Shown here one piece after another: positions 20,201 through 30,317 of a stretch of 64,000 nt of DNA; the first letter of the stretch is position 1, and each line of letters opens with the position of its first letter. The notes beneath the pieces were generated by a model. The model saw nothing but the letters and a program-made list of their open reading frames with translations. It had not been told where the DNA came from and did not search any database. The translations under genes and the position numbers were made by a program. Source of the stretch: Candidatus Eiseniibacteriota bacterium (GTDB lineage Bacteria > Eisenbacteria > RBG-16-71-46 > CAZAMP01); the NCBI GenBank assembly GCA_965224245.1, contig OZ245046.1:4864001-4928000 (forward strand), in the 5' to 3' direction.

Positions 20201-20216
20201 CCGTCCACGAACGACG

Positions 20217-20242
20217 AGGGCGCCGCGTCACCGCGGCGCCCT
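20217..20242. terminator. Hairpin between convergent genes (possible bidirectional terminator)
   Basis: AGGGCGCCGCG-TCAC-CGCGGCGCCCT, perfect 11-bp stem, no U tract. Confidence 0.5.
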
Positions 20243-20284
20243 GACGACGGTGCGGGGATCGCACCCCGCAGATGAGACCCGAGC

Positions 20285-20989
20285 CTAGTACATCGACTTG
20301 ATCCGCGACCAGCTGGCGCTCTCGACCGGCGTGGAGCCGCCCGTGTACGCGATGCGCAGGTTGTCGGCGCCGACGTTCCACTGCTGGAACGCGGCGAAGA
20401 AGCACGGGTCGATCCACCACATCTCGACGCGATCGACGCTCGTCATGATGTCGAGCCACGTGACGCCGGGGCGGAAGTTCTCGCAGTCACCGGCCCAGCC
20501 GCCCTTCCAGCCGGCCGGCAGCGCGTCGTCCGACTGACTCGGAACGTCGAAGACGTAGCTGACCCAGCCCTCGCCGACGCGCGGCACGTTCGGTCCGACG
20601 AAGTACGCGATGTCGTCGTCGTCGAAGTCCGTCGGCGTGCCGTTCGTGTCGCGGAGCACGAGGGTCATGTTGAAGCCGGACCCGTCGCCGAAGTCGACCG
20701 CATCGGTGCGGGCGTCGAAGGAGATCTCGGTCACCCCCGTCGCGCGGTAGTCGCCCGTGAACGGCGTGGATCCGTCGAAGCTCGACTCCAGCGTCGGCGC
20801 GAACGTGTCGTACGTGCGCTGATGGAGCCACCAGCCGGGGTTGCCGCCGCTCGACTCGAGCGTGTCTCCGCCCCGGATGAATGCCCACGCGGCCTCGTTG
20901 GCGCCGCCCTCGAAGTCGTCGACGAACTCCGCCGCGACGGTAACGCTCGCCGCGCCGGTCAGTGCTGCGGTCAGTAGCCACCACTTCAT
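20285..20989 (-). CDS. Secreted beta-sandwich protein with C-terminal SW.RIK..Y sorting-like motif
   Basis: Signal peptide, GGNPG, FTGDY, DNLRI; ends in TPVESASWSRIKSMY. Confidence 0.8.
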   Translation of the reverse strand: MKWWLLTAALTGAASVTVAAEFVDDFEGGANEAAWAFIRGGDTLESSGGNPGWWLHQRTYDTFAPTLESSFDGSTPFTGDYRATGVTEISFDARTDAVDFGDGSGFNMTLVLRDTNGTPTDFDDDDIAYFVGPNVPRVGEGWVSYVFDVPSQSDDALPAGWKGGWAGDCENFRPGVTWLDIMTSVDRVEMWWIDPCFFAAFQQWNVGADNLRIAYTGGSTPVESASWSRIKSMY

Positions 20990-21051
20990 CTCTCTGCTCC
21001 TTGGGTTCTCGGGTGCATGGGGCCGTCGTGATCCGAACCTGGAACGCCCGG

Positions 21052-21149
21052 AGTATCGACGGCGGACCCCGGCTGTGTCAAGGATGTTTCCAGGAAACAT
21101 CTTAGATTCTTCGGGGCCGCTTGTTCCGTAGGCCGGTCCGGTCTATACT
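21052..21149. promoter_or_regulatory. Divergent sigma70-like promoters flanking a 9-1-9 palindromic operator
   Basis: Minus strand: TTGACA (21081-21076)-N18-GATACT (21057-21052). Palindrome GATGTTTCC-A-GGAAACATC at 21083-21101. Plus strand: TTGTTC (21121)-N17-TATACT (21144-21149). Confidence 0.65.
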
Positions 21150-21203
21150 GCCTGGAGCTGGCATCCTCGTCCTGAAGTTCAACTCATTGATACGGAATGA
21201 AAT

Positions 21204-22442
21204 ATGGAATCGCCTCCCCCGATCGCCGACGCCTCGACGACGGCTCCGGACACCCGGATCGCGACTCTCGGGCGCCGGCTCCAGTCGACGTTCGGCGCGA
21301 TCCTCGACGCCGTCGCCGCGCCGCCCCAGAACCCCCAGCTTCTCGTTCACGCCCTCGGCGTGGACAAGGTCCTGGCGAGTCGCCTCCTCAAGGCGTTGCG
21401 CGCCGACGATCCCCTGGCGGCCGTTCATCACGCACCGGGGCCCGAACCCCTCCGGCGCGTGGCCCGAGCCGCTCGGCGCAGGAGCGTCGACGCGGAGCTC
21501 GTCCGGGGAGCGCTGGCCGCGGTCGACGAGTTCGAGGAGCTCGTTCGCCTGCTCGGAGGCGACCGGGCATCGCTGGCCGCGATCATCAGCGCGTCGCTCC
21601 CCGAGGTGCGTCGCGAGCACGAGCTCCGGAACAAGCAGACCGCTTTCCGCGCCGTCAGTCAGCTGAAGGGCGTGATGGCCGACACGTGCCTGTCGACGGT
21701 GGTTCTGCATCCGGCGGCGGACGGCGAGACGATCGACATCGTCTGGGGCTTCGGGTTCCTCTCGCTGACCCGACTGCGTCCGGGCGTACCGGTCAAGTTC
21801 ACGACGCGGCGCATGGCGGACGTCGCCTCTCCGCGCCGGCCGACGAACCTGGACGGGCATCCGATTCACGACCTGGGCGATGCGCGCCTCGACGCGTTCT
21901 GTCGCGCACCGGCCACGATCCAGGTCTCGCGCGTGGAGGACGTCGTCCACTACACCCTGGGGGATCATGGCTACGGTCCGACGTCCGCCACCGATCTCGT
22001 CATGGTCGAGGTGAACCTGGCCGAGATGCCGCGCTACGTGCCGGCCGAGGAGCCTCGCAAGGGGCACGTCTTCGCCGAGGTCAGCGCCCCCTCCAAGCGC
22101 CTGCTCTTCGACGTGTTCGTCCACGCGGACGTCTACCCGGGTCGTGAGCCCGAGCTCATCCTGTACGACACCGTGCTCGACGGCGTGGCCAACGTGAACG
22201 ATCGCACGCGGGACATCGATCGCCTCGACATGCTCGAGTCCATCGAGCCCCTGGGGCGAGGGCTCGGACGGGCGCAGCACCCGGGGGTGCCGAAGCACGT
22301 CGAGCTTCTCACGCACGTCTTCCGGAAGCTCGAGTGGGATCCGTCGGCGTTCCGGCTGTACCGGTGTCGAATCGACTATCCGATCTACGGCTCCCAGGTC
22401 GCGCTGGCGTTCGATCCCCCGCCGCCGCCCGCTCCGGCCTAG
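21204..22442 (+). CDS. Hypothetical protein, probable transcriptional regulator with N-terminal HTH-like segment
   Basis: 412 aa with typical codon usage; PQLLVHALGVDKVLASRLLKAL resembles a helix-turn-helix. Confidence 0.65.
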   Translation: MESPPPIADASTTAPDTRIATLGRRLQSTFGAILDAVAAPPQNPQLLVHALGVDKVLASRLLKALRADDPLAAVHHAPGPEPLRRVARAARRRSVDAELVRGALAAVDEFEELVRLLGGDRASLAAIISASLPEVRREHELRNKQTAFRAVSQLKGVMADTCLSTVVLHPAADGETIDIVWGFGFLSLTRLRPGVPVKFTTRRMADVASPRRPTNLDGHPIHDLGDARLDAFCRAPATIQVSRVEDVVHYTLGDHGYGPTSATDLVMVEVNLAEMPRYVPAEEPRKGHVFAEVSAPSKRLLFDVFVHADVYPGREPELILYDTVLDGVANVNDRTRDIDRLDMLESIEPLGRGLGRAQHPGVPKHVELLTHVFRKLEWDPSAFRLYRCRIDYPIYGSQVALAFDPPPPPAPA

Positions 22443-22620
22443 CACGCCACGGCGCGGAGGGCGGCTCGGTGGCTGGACGCGATGCCACCGCCCGGGCCGC
22501 ACGCGCCCCCGGGGCCGTTCACCTCGAACATCGGCGTCCGGGCGCGGTATCATCGTCGTCTCCGATGGCCGGCTCCACCGGCCACGGAGACGCCCATCCC
22601 ACCGCGGAGGTTTCGACACG

Positions 22621-24105
22621 ATGCTCTTCCGTCTCGTCTACGACGACCACCTCGCCCAGGCCGCGTACCTGATCGGCTGCCAGGTCACCGGCGAGGCGAT
22701 CCTCGTCGATCCCGAGCGGGACGTGGACCGCTACCTCGCGCTCGCCGATCGCGAGGGGCTCCGGGTCACCGCGGTCACCGAGACACACATCCACGCGGAC
22801 TACCTGTCCGGCGCCCGCGAGCTGGCCGAGCGGCTCGACGTGCGCCTCTACCTCTCGGACGAGGGCGGCGACGACTGGCGCTACCGGTGGCCCCACGAGC
22901 CCCGAACGCGCGGGGGCGCCTACGACGTGACCTGGCTTCACGACGGCGACACGTTCCCGGTCGGCAACATCCGCTTCCGGGTCATGCACGTGCCCGGCCA
23001 CACGCCCGAGCACGTCGTCTTCCTGGTGAGCGATCTCGGCGCCGGCGCGCGCGAGCCGATGGGCGTCCTGACCGGCGACTTCGTGTTCGTCGGCTCGCTG
23101 GGACGCCCCGATCTCCTGGAGGCCGCCGCCGGGATCGCACACACCACCGAGCCGGCCGCGCGTGCGCTCGCGCGCTCGAGCACGCGCTTTCTCGAGCTCC
23201 CCGACTATCTGCAGCTCTGGCCCGCGCACGGCGCCGGCAGCGCCTGTGGCAAGGCGCTCGGCGCGGTGCCCCAGAGCACGCTCGGCTACGAACGCCGGTA
23301 CAACGCGGGCCTGTCGCTGGCCACCGACGAGGACGCGTTCGTGCGGTTCATCCTCGAGGGTCAGCCCGATCCACCCCGGTACTTCGGTCGCATGAAGGTG
23401 CAGAACCGCGACGGCGTCCCGCTGCTGGGCGCGCTGCCGTCGCCCCGTGCGATGGCCGCCGACACGCTCGTCGGTGCCGGCGCCACCGGGAGCGTCGATG
23501 CGTCGCGAACGGTGCTCCTCGACACGCGACCCTGGGACGCGTTCTGCGAGCGGCACGTGCCCGGTGCGATCCACGCGCCGTGGGAGTCCGCGTTCTATGC
23601 GATCGCCGGCTCGTACGCCGAGCCGGCCGACGAGATCGTGCTCATCGTCGACGAGGACGACCTCGCCGATGCCGTTCGCGTGCTGGTCCGGATCGGTCTG
23701 GATCGTGTCGTGGGCTACGTGACGCCGTCCGATCTCGACGCGCTCGGGGAGGGCCTCGAGACGTTCGAGGAGGTGGACGCCGACGAGTTCGAGGCACGGG
23801 CGACAGGCGGTGCCTTCGTCCTCGACGTCCGGAATCCCGACGAGTTCGCATCGCGCTCGTTGCCCGGCGCGGCGCGGATCGGGTACACGCGTCTCCTGGA
23901 TCACCTGGCCGAGCTCCCGCGCGATCGCCAGATCCTGGTGCACTGCCAGAGCGGACATCGATCGGCCGCGGCGGTGTCGTTCCTGGTGAAGCACGGATTC
24001 GACGCGGTGCACCTGGCCGGTGGCCTCGATGCCTGGGTCGCCGCGCGCAAGTCGACACGGTCGGCCCCCGACGTCGGCGGATCCGACACGGCCGCCACCG
24101 TCTGA
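22621..24105 (+). CDS. MBL-fold persulfide dioxygenase fused to two rhodanese domains (CstB/Blh-like)
   Basis: ETHIHADY, PGHTPEH, TGDFVF, PAHGAGSACGK; C-terminal rhodanese HCQSGHRS. Confidence 0.9.
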   Translation: MLFRLVYDDHLAQAAYLIGCQVTGEAILVDPERDVDRYLALADREGLRVTAVTETHIHADYLSGARELAERLDVRLYLSDEGGDDWRYRWPHEPRTRGGAYDVTWLHDGDTFPVGNIRFRVMHVPGHTPEHVVFLVSDLGAGAREPMGVLTGDFVFVGSLGRPDLLEAAAGIAHTTEPAARALARSSTRFLELPDYLQLWPAHGAGSACGKALGAVPQSTLGYERRYNAGLSLATDEDAFVRFILEGQPDPPRYFGRMKVQNRDGVPLLGALPSPRAMAADTLVGAGATGSVDASRTVLLDTRPWDAFCERHVPGAIHAPWESAFYAIAGSYAEPADEIVLIVDEDDLADAVRVLVRIGLDRVVGYVTPSDLDALGEGLETFEEVDADEFEARATGGAFVLDVRNPDEFASRSLPGAARIGYTRLLDHLAELPRDRQILVHCQSGHRSAAAVSFLVKHGFDAVHLAGGLDAWVAARKSTRSAPDVGGSDTAATV

Positions 24106-24117
24106 ACGAGAGAGACG

Positions 24118-24912
24118 ATGCTGTACCTCGTCGGCGGTGCGCTCGTGGTGGGGCTGAGCCTGGGACTGCTCGGCTCCGGTGGATCGATCCTCACCGTTCC
24201 CGTGCTCGTCTACCTGCTCGATCACGCAGAGAAGATCGCGATCGCCGAGTCGCTCGCCATCGTGGGGGCGATCTCCTTCGCGGGTGCGCTGCCGTTCGTG
24301 GCGAGGCGGCTCGTGAGCTGGCGGAGCGTCCTGTTCTTCGGGGTGCCCGGCATGCTCGGCACGTATGCGGGGGCGTGGGGCTCGAAGCTCGTCAGCGGGA
24401 GCGTGCAGCTCGCCGTGTTCGCCGGCGTCATGCTGACCGCGGCGTGGATGATGGCGCGGCGTCAGCGCGCGCTGGAGGGACGCCGGTCGTCCGGGGATCC
24501 GGGCACGGAGCGCGAGGCCGTGCCGACGCGGCACGTCGGTCGCATCGCGGCCGACGGTCTCGTCGTGGGAATCATCACCGGGCTCGTCGGTGTGGGCGGC
24601 GGGTTCCTGATCGTGCCCGCGCTCGTGGTGCTCGGCGGTCTGCCGATGCACCGCGCGATCGGAACGAGCCTCCTCATCATCGCGCTGAAGTCGTTCACCG
24701 GGTTCGCGAAGTACCTGGGCGTCCTGGACGCACTGGGTCTCGCGGTGGACGCGCACGCCATCCTCTGGTTCTCCGCGATCGGGATCGCCGCCAGCATCCT
24801 GGGCGGCCGCATCGGGGCCCGGCTCCGCCAGGAGCAGCTCCGGCGCGGGTTCGCGGTCGTGCTCGTCGTGATGGCGATCCTGATTCTCGTCAAGGAGGTG
24901 CCGAAGCTCTGA
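24118..24912 (+). CDS. Sulfite exporter TauE/SafE family protein
   Basis: LGLLGSGGSILTVP and GLVGVGGGFLIVP duplicated motifs, AIGTSL. Confidence 0.92.
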   Translation: MLYLVGGALVVGLSLGLLGSGGSILTVPVLVYLLDHAEKIAIAESLAIVGAISFAGALPFVARRLVSWRSVLFFGVPGMLGTYAGAWGSKLVSGSVQLAVFAGVMLTAAWMMARRQRALEGRRSSGDPGTEREAVPTRHVGRIAADGLVVGIITGLVGVGGGFLIVPALVVLGGLPMHRAIGTSLLIIALKSFTGFAKYLGVLDALGLAVDAHAILWFSAIGIAASILGGRIGARLRQEQLRRGFAVVLVVMAILILVKEVPKL

Positions 24913-24930
24913 GCTGAGCGCCGGCCCCCG

Positions 24931-25524
24931 CTACCGCCAGTGACCTCCGAGCGCCGCCACCTGGCTCGGCTTCAGCCCCATGCCCGCCGCCTGATCGTCG
25001 TAGCCGAACGTGCCCTTGTCGCCCACCACGCTCGTGTTGTTGGAGTTCCGCGGCGAGTAACGACAGCATAGCCAGTAGATCGTCGTGGAGATCACGCCGC
25101 CGGATCCGGCGCCGCCGATGATCTGTGACAGGCGGTACTCCCGGCCGTGCGGGACCCTGAAGCACGGGCCGTTGTTCGGATCGGCGCCGACCCAGTACAG
25201 ACCGGTCGGATAGGTGAAGTTGGGATCGTCATCGGCCGCGCCGCTGGCGACGTAGTTCGGAATCGTCTCGAACTGCTTCTTGACCTCGGTCGCGTACTTC
25301 TGGACCGTCAGCTCGTCGGGCGCCGTGGTGAGGAGCAGGTCCTCGAGCCACGTCGCGCCGCTGGATTGCCGGTCGCCCGCGTCGTCGGTCCACGACTGCC
25401 CTTCGGACAGGATGACCGTGTCGTCGGTGAAGAAGTAGATCTTCACGCCCTTCGGCACCACGTATGTCCCCTTACTCGTACCCGCTCCACGGCCGCCATG
25501 ACAGCTCACGACCAAGCTCGGCAT
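24931..25524 (-). CDS. Hypothetical protein resembling the 'putative adhesin Stv' domain
   Basis: CHG...VPKGVKIYFF...PNY...YRLSQI...IYWLCCR pattern. RBS GAGGAGG. Confidence 0.6.
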   Translation of the reverse strand: MPSLVVSCHGGRGAGTSKGTYVVPKGVKIYFFTDDTVILSEGQSWTDDAGDRQSSGATWLEDLLLTTAPDELTVQKYATEVKKQFETIPNYVASGAADDDPNFTYPTGLYWVGADPNNGPCFRVPHGREYRLSQIIGGAGSGGVISTTIYWLCCRYSPRNSNNTSVVGDKGTFGYDDQAAGMGLKPSQVAALGGHWR

Positions 25525-25660
25525 TCGATCCTCCTCGGTTGACCCAGAGAGCGACATTCTACGTCGGTGCCGGCGCGAAGAACAGCCGTCGTCGGTGGAC
25601 GTGGACCTCTACCCCCACGGTCGCCGAGCCCGTCGCCAGCGGGACGCTCGGGTCGGCGCG

Positions 25661-26800
25661 TCACTGATAGCGAAACACGCGTGCTCCGAGCACGAGCAGC
25701 AGCACCGCGGCGAGAGCCATCGCCACCACGTGTGGCAGGACCGACAGCGGCCCGTGCCCGAACGCGATCAGCCGGTGCAGCGCGTCCATCGCCCATCCGG
25801 TGGGAAACACGAGCTGGAGCGCCTGCATCCAGCGCGGCGCCACCTCGATCGGCCACCAGCACCCGCCGAGCGCGGCGAACACGTTGGCGGTGATGACGCC
25901 GATCGCCGACGCCTGCGCCGGGCTCCGCGCGATCGATCCCAGGACGAGACCGAGCGCCGCCATCATCCCCGCGTATACGGCCATCAGCACGATCACCATC
26001 GGGAGTGCGCGACCCCAGTCCATGCCGAAGAGGATCGTCCCGGTCAGCATGCCGAACGCGATCTGCACGAAGCCGAGGAGGAGCTTGCCCAGCCACTTCC
26101 CGGCCACCACGTGTCGCCGCGGGATCGGCGCCGACGCCAGCCGTCGAAGGAGTCCCTGCTCCCGCTCGATCACGAGGAGGATCGCGCCGCTGGTGGCCAT
26201 GACGAGGAGGGTGAACATGACGAGGATCCCCGGGATCGCCTGCTGAAACCCCGTCGGGATGATCGGTCGCTCACCGCCCGAGGAGACCTCGAGCGTCAGC
26301 CGTCGGGGCATCTCCGCGAGCGCTCGAAACGCGGCCGGGGTCGGCTCGGCCGCTCGCTCGCTCACCGCGGCGAGATCGGCGAGGACCGTGTAGACGCCGC
26401 GTCGCAGGCGCATCGCGTCGCGATCGGCGGTGAGGCCGGGGTCGCCGATCCTCGACTCCAGCGTCGCGGGGGTCCCCGCGAGAACCGAGTCGGTGAAGCC
26501 GGCGGGCACCCGGAGCCGCCGGACGATGCGCTCGTCGACGGCGCCCGTGTCGCTCCGCACGACGGCGAAGCCAGCCTCGCCGAGACGTCCCGCCAGCTCG
26601 TCGACCAGAAACCCGGCGCCGGGCGCCACGTCGAGCGCGAGCGCCGGCGGTCGCGCCGCGCCGGGTCCCGAGAAGCCCGACGTGGTCGATCCGATGAAGT
26701 AGAAGAACGCGATCGGCATCACGAACACCCACAGGATCGTCGGTCGCGAGCGCAGCATGAAGCGAAGATCGTTCCTCGCGAGATACACGACGTCGCGCAC
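25661..26800 (-). CDS. ABC-2 exporter permease
   Basis: EREQGLLRRL, LGGCWWPIE, PTGWAMDAL. Confidence 0.9.
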   Translation of the reverse strand: MRDVVYLARNDLRFMLRSRPTILWVFVMPIAFFYFIGSTTSGFSGPGAARPPALALDVAPGAGFLVDELAGRLGEAGFAVVRSDTGAVDERIVRRLRVPAGFTDSVLAGTPATLESRIGDPGLTADRDAMRLRRGVYTVLADLAAVSERAAEPTPAAFRALAEMPRRLTLEVSSGGERPIIPTGFQQAIPGILVMFTLLVMATSGAILLVIEREQGLLRRLASAPIPRRHVVAGKWLGKLLLGFVQIAFGMLTGTILFGMDWGRALPMVIVLMAVYAGMMAALGLVLGSIARSPAQASAIGVITANVFAALGGCWWPIEVAPRWMQALQLVFPTGWAMDALHRLIAFGHGPLSVLPHVVAMALAAVLLLVLGARVFRYQ

Positions 26801-26803
26801 GGC

Positions 26804-28072
26804 TCAGGCCTCCCGCATGAACCGCGTGTCGAGCCGCCACGCGGAGAACACGAACAGTAGGACGATCACGCAGAGGAGCGCGCCCAGCGCCACACCCATC
26901 GCCGCGGCATCGACGCGATCGAAGAGGATGTCCTTCAGGCGCGCGAGCGCCCAGCCGTTCGGCGTGAGCTTCCCGATCGTGGCGAAGAGGTCGGGCATCG
27001 CCTCGAACGGGAAGAAGCTCCCCCCGAGCATCATCAGCGGGAGCACGACGACCATGCCGAGCACCTCCGCGTCGCGCTGCGTGGACGAGATGACGGTCAG
27101 CGTGGTCATGACGAGCAGCAGGAGAAGGCCCGACAGCGCCGCCCACGCGATCGCGAGCGGCAGGCGCGACCATCCGAGCTCGAAGTACGCGGTGGTGGCC
27201 ACGAGCGTGACGCTCGCCACGACCGTCATCAGGGTGATCCCCGCCGCGAGCTTGCCGGCGAGGAGACGGGTCGCGCTCTGGGGCGTGGTCGAGAGACGCC
27301 GGAGCGTGTGCAGGCCTCGCTCGGTCCAGAGATCGTTCGAGAGGCCCTGGGCCATGAACAGGAGCGCCATGAAGAGAAGACCCGGAACGAAGAGCAGCGC
27401 CATCGGCGGCCCGGACGCGGCGTCCTCGCCCGCGCCCACCGCCTCCTCCAGGTCGTCGGTGGTGCGAACGACGAGATCCATCACCGGCGGTATCAGGGTG
27501 CCCTCGAGCCGGGACACCGCGTCGTTGATCCGGATGCTGACCGCGGACACGGTCGTGTCGGTGCCCATCGAGTCCACGCCGGCCGCCTCGAACGTCGCGC
27601 GCACGTCGTCCCCGACGATGCGCTGGGCGTAGAAGACCGCATCGACGGCCATCGTCAGCATCTCCTCGACGATGGACGGGAGAATCGTCTCGGCCGGGTT
27701 CTTGATCAGCTGGAGCGTGGTCGGCTCGTCCCGGAGAATGGCACCTCCGAAGCCGTCGGGGATCACCAGGAGCGCGCTCGCCTCGCCGCCGTCGAGCCGC
27801 GCCCGGCCCTCGCCGGCGTCGACGGCCTCGGCGCGAACGAGACCGCCGGTGCGATCCTGGCTCAGCGCTCCCACCAGGAGGCCCGAGACGAGTGAGTCGT
27901 CCTCGTCGGCGACCAGCACGAAGGCCTCGGGGCGCGGCCCGCTCTTGCCGCCGGACAGCAGCGTCAACAGCGTTCCAATGATCAACGGGATGCCGATCCA
28001 GAGCACGAGCGCCAGGGGATCGCGAAGGCGCCGCCGGAGATCCTTGATCGAGGTCGCCCAGACGAAGCGCAC
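26804..28072 (-). CDS. ABC-2 exporter permease
   Basis: KDLRRRLRDP, ER..HTLRRL, MLGGSFFPFE. GTG overlaps the ATPase stop. Confidence 0.9.
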   Translation of the reverse strand: MRFVWATSIKDLRRRLRDPLALVLWIGIPLIIGTLLTLLSGGKSGPRPEAFVLVADEDDSLVSGLLVGALSQDRTGGLVRAEAVDAGEGRARLDGGEASALLVIPDGFGGAILRDEPTTLQLIKNPAETILPSIVEEMLTMAVDAVFYAQRIVGDDVRATFEAAGVDSMGTDTTVSAVSIRINDAVSRLEGTLIPPVMDLVVRTTDDLEEAVGAGEDAASGPPMALLFVPGLLFMALLFMAQGLSNDLWTERGLHTLRRLSTTPQSATRLLAGKLAAGITLMTVVASVTLVATTAYFELGWSRLPLAIAWAALSGLLLLLVMTTLTVISSTQRDAEVLGMVVVLPLMMLGGSFFPFEAMPDLFATIGKLTPNGWALARLKDILFDRVDAAAMGVALGALLCVIVLLFVFSAWRLDTRFMREA

Positions 28073-29001
28073 TACTCCCGGAGCTCCTTCCCCGTCAGCT
28101 TGATGAAGAGGCTCTCGAGGTTCGGCTGCGTCATCGTGGTCTCGCGAATGACGCCGCCGGCGTTGCCGATCGTCTCGAACAGGGCCGGCAGCTGCGCCGA
28201 CGCCCCGGCCACCGCGAGGGTCAGCAGCTCCTCCTCGGCCTGGACGATCTCCACGTCGCCGGCGAGGCCGAGCGCGTCCCGCACGCGCGCCGGGTCGAAC
28301 GTGCCCGCCAGACGGAGGACGTCGCGCTCGCCGAGCATGCGGCGGAGCTCGCCGAGCGTGCCCGCCGCGATGACCTTGCCGTGGTCCACGATCGCCAGGC
28401 GCTCGCAGAGCTGCTCGGCCTCCTCCATGTAGTGCGTCGTGTAGAGAACGCACGTGCCCGCGGCCGCCTCTTCCCTCACGAGGTCGAGGAGGCTCACGCG
28501 GCTCTGCGGATCCACGCCCACCGTCGGCTCGTCCAGGAGGAGCACCTTCGGCCGGTGCACGATGCCGCAGCCGAAGTTCAGGCGACGCTTCATGCCGCCC
28601 GAGTACGTCTTCACCCGGTCCGTCGCGCGGTCGGTGAGTCCGGTGCGCGCGAGCACCTCGTCCACGCGGGTCGACAGCGCCGATCCGCCGAGCCCGTAGG
28701 CGCCACCCCAGTACCGGAGGTTCTCGGCGGCGGAGAGATCCTCGTACAGCGCGAGCTCCTGGGGCACGACGCCGAGCGCGCGCCGGGACGCCGGACCGTC
28801 GGAGACCACGTCGTGCCCGAGCACGCGCACGGTGCCCTCGGTCGGCCTCAGGAGCCCCGAGATGCAGCCGATCGTCGTGGACTTGCCGGCGCCGTTCGGA
28901 CCGAGGAGCCCGAAGATCGAGCCGGCCTCGGCCGAGAACGACACGCCGTCGACGGCGAGGAGATCGCCGTAGCGCTTGCGGAGGTTGGAGACGTCGATCA
29001 T
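28072..29001 (-). CDS. ABC exporter ATP-binding protein (DrrA/LnrL-like)
   Basis: GPNGAGKST, YSGGMKRR, LLLDEPT, TTHYMEE. Confidence 0.95.
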   Translation of the reverse strand: MIDVSNLRKRYGDLLAVDGVSFSAEAGSIFGLLGPNGAGKSTTIGCISGLLRPTEGTVRVLGHDVVSDGPASRRALGVVPQELALYEDLSAAENLRYWGGAYGLGGSALSTRVDEVLARTGLTDRATDRVKTYSGGMKRRLNFGCGIVHRPKVLLLDEPTVGVDPQSRVSLLDLVREEAAAGTCVLYTTHYMEEAEQLCERLAIVDHGKVIAAGTLGELRRMLGERDVLRLAGTFDPARVRDALGLAGDVEIVQAEEELLTLAVAGASAQLPALFETIGNAGGVIRETTMTQPNLESLFIKLTGKELRE

Positions 29002-29030
29002 GGGCGCGAGGGTAGCGTGCCGCGCGGGGG

Positions 29031-30317
29031 CTAGTCGAGCACGACGAGCTTGGCCGACGCACGGCCGTCGCCGCCGTCGGCGACGAGTACCCGTACTACG
29101 TAAACGCCCGGCGCCACCCGATCTCCGTCGTCGCCGCGATCGTCCCATGTAACCACGTGCCGGCCCACACCCCGATGCATGTCGGAGAGGCGGCGCACGA
29201 GACGTCCGCGAACGTCGAAGACGCCCAGGACCACGTCGGCCTCCCGCGACAGCACGAACGCAATGCGCGTTCCGTGATCGGTCGGGTTGGGGGAGACGGT
29301 CGTGATGCGGGACACGATCTCCGGGTGGGCGACACTCGCCGGCGTGTCGGTGCCGATCCGGAAGTCGTCACCGAACACGTAGAGCGCCTGGCCCACCTTG
29401 CCATCCAGCTCGCGGAGCTCGAACGTCGTGAAACCGGTCGGTCGATGGTCGACGACGCCGAAGAACTGGTGTGGACCGCCCACGATGTGCCCGCCCCCGA
29501 TCGGCGCGCCGCCGTCGATCAGGATGCCGAGGTTGGCGCCGTAGGTGCCGGTGAAGTAGCCGCCCACCGCGTGAAGCGTGCCGGCGCCCGAGACGAGCGT
29601 GCCCGTGACGCCGTCGTGGTAGAGGCAGCTCTCCGGCGGATCGTCGACGTCGCAGAACGACGGCGAGCCGGTCGCGTAGCCGTGATCGGGATCGTACACG
29701 GCCCACAGACCCGAGCGCGGAGGCCCGGACGTGGTGCTGATGGAGTTCTCCGCGGGCGGATCGGGATGGTTGGATCTCCACTCGATGCCCTGGCTGACGA
29801 CGCTCGGGAGTCGCGCCGGAGTCCGCACCGCTCCCCAGGCGTCGTCGTCCTCGAACCCCTCCTCGAGGACCGCGTAGCCGGCGGCGGTCACCTCGGCCAG
29901 GAAGGCCGACTCGTTCCAGCACGTGTAGACGTCGGGTCCGCCCTCGCACGCCGACAGCGTGACCACGGCCTCGTCGATCGCGGACTCGAACTCGGCGCGA
30001 TACACGAACGAGTCGGTCCCGTCGAAGCCGGCGCCCGGGCTGTACGTGAACGAGCCGTCGGCGGCCAGCGACAACGTCCCGAAGCTGACGTCCGAGACGA
30101 GCACCGCGGTGGCCCCGCTCTCGCCGGCACTCTCCCCGTCGAGGAGGTCGTTCTCGAGCACGCCGAACGGCTCGAGGACGAGCGGGGTGTCGTAGGGGAC
30201 GCCGTAGGCGTCGTCGACCGCCACGAGATCCTGGGCAACCGCCGGGGTTGCCCACGGCACGACCGCAATCAGTAGCCCCCCCGCGCGGAGGGTGACGTGG
30301 ATGTCGGTGGGTGTCAT
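29031..30317 (-). CDS. Secreted protein: Big_9/cadherin-like Ig domain plus FlgD-Ig/T9SS-like C-terminal domain
   Basis: AVDDAY..GVLEND..DGSFTYSP..FDGTDSFVY; C-terminal SPNP..VFDVRGRLVRRL..WD..GVYVVR. Confidence 0.8.
   Translation of the reverse strand: MTPTDIHVTLRAGGLLIAVVPWATPAVAQDLVAVDDAYGVPYDTPLVLEPFGVLENDLLDGESAGESGATAVLVSDVSFGTLSLAADGSFTYSPGAGFDGTDSFVYRAEFESAIDEAVVTLSACEGGPDVYTCWNESAFLAEVTAAGYAVLEEGFEDDDAWGAVRTPARLPSVVSQGIEWRSNHPDPPAENSISTTSGPPRSGLWAVYDPDHGYATGSPSFCDVDDPPESCLYHDGVTGTLVSGAGTLHAVGGYFTGTYGANLGILIDGGAPIGGGHIVGGPHQFFGVVDHRPTGFTTFELRELDGKVGQALYVFGDDFRIGTDTPASVAHPEIVSRITTVSPNPTDHGTRIAFVLSREADVVLGVFDVRGRLVRRLSDMHRGVGRHVVTWDDRGDDGDRVAPGVYVVRVLVADGGDGRASAKLVVLD

Noticed and set aside
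21085-21099. Additional parS site
   Set aside because: Central spacer is 3 bp (CAG) rather than ACGT, giving 15 bp; treated as a separate operator.
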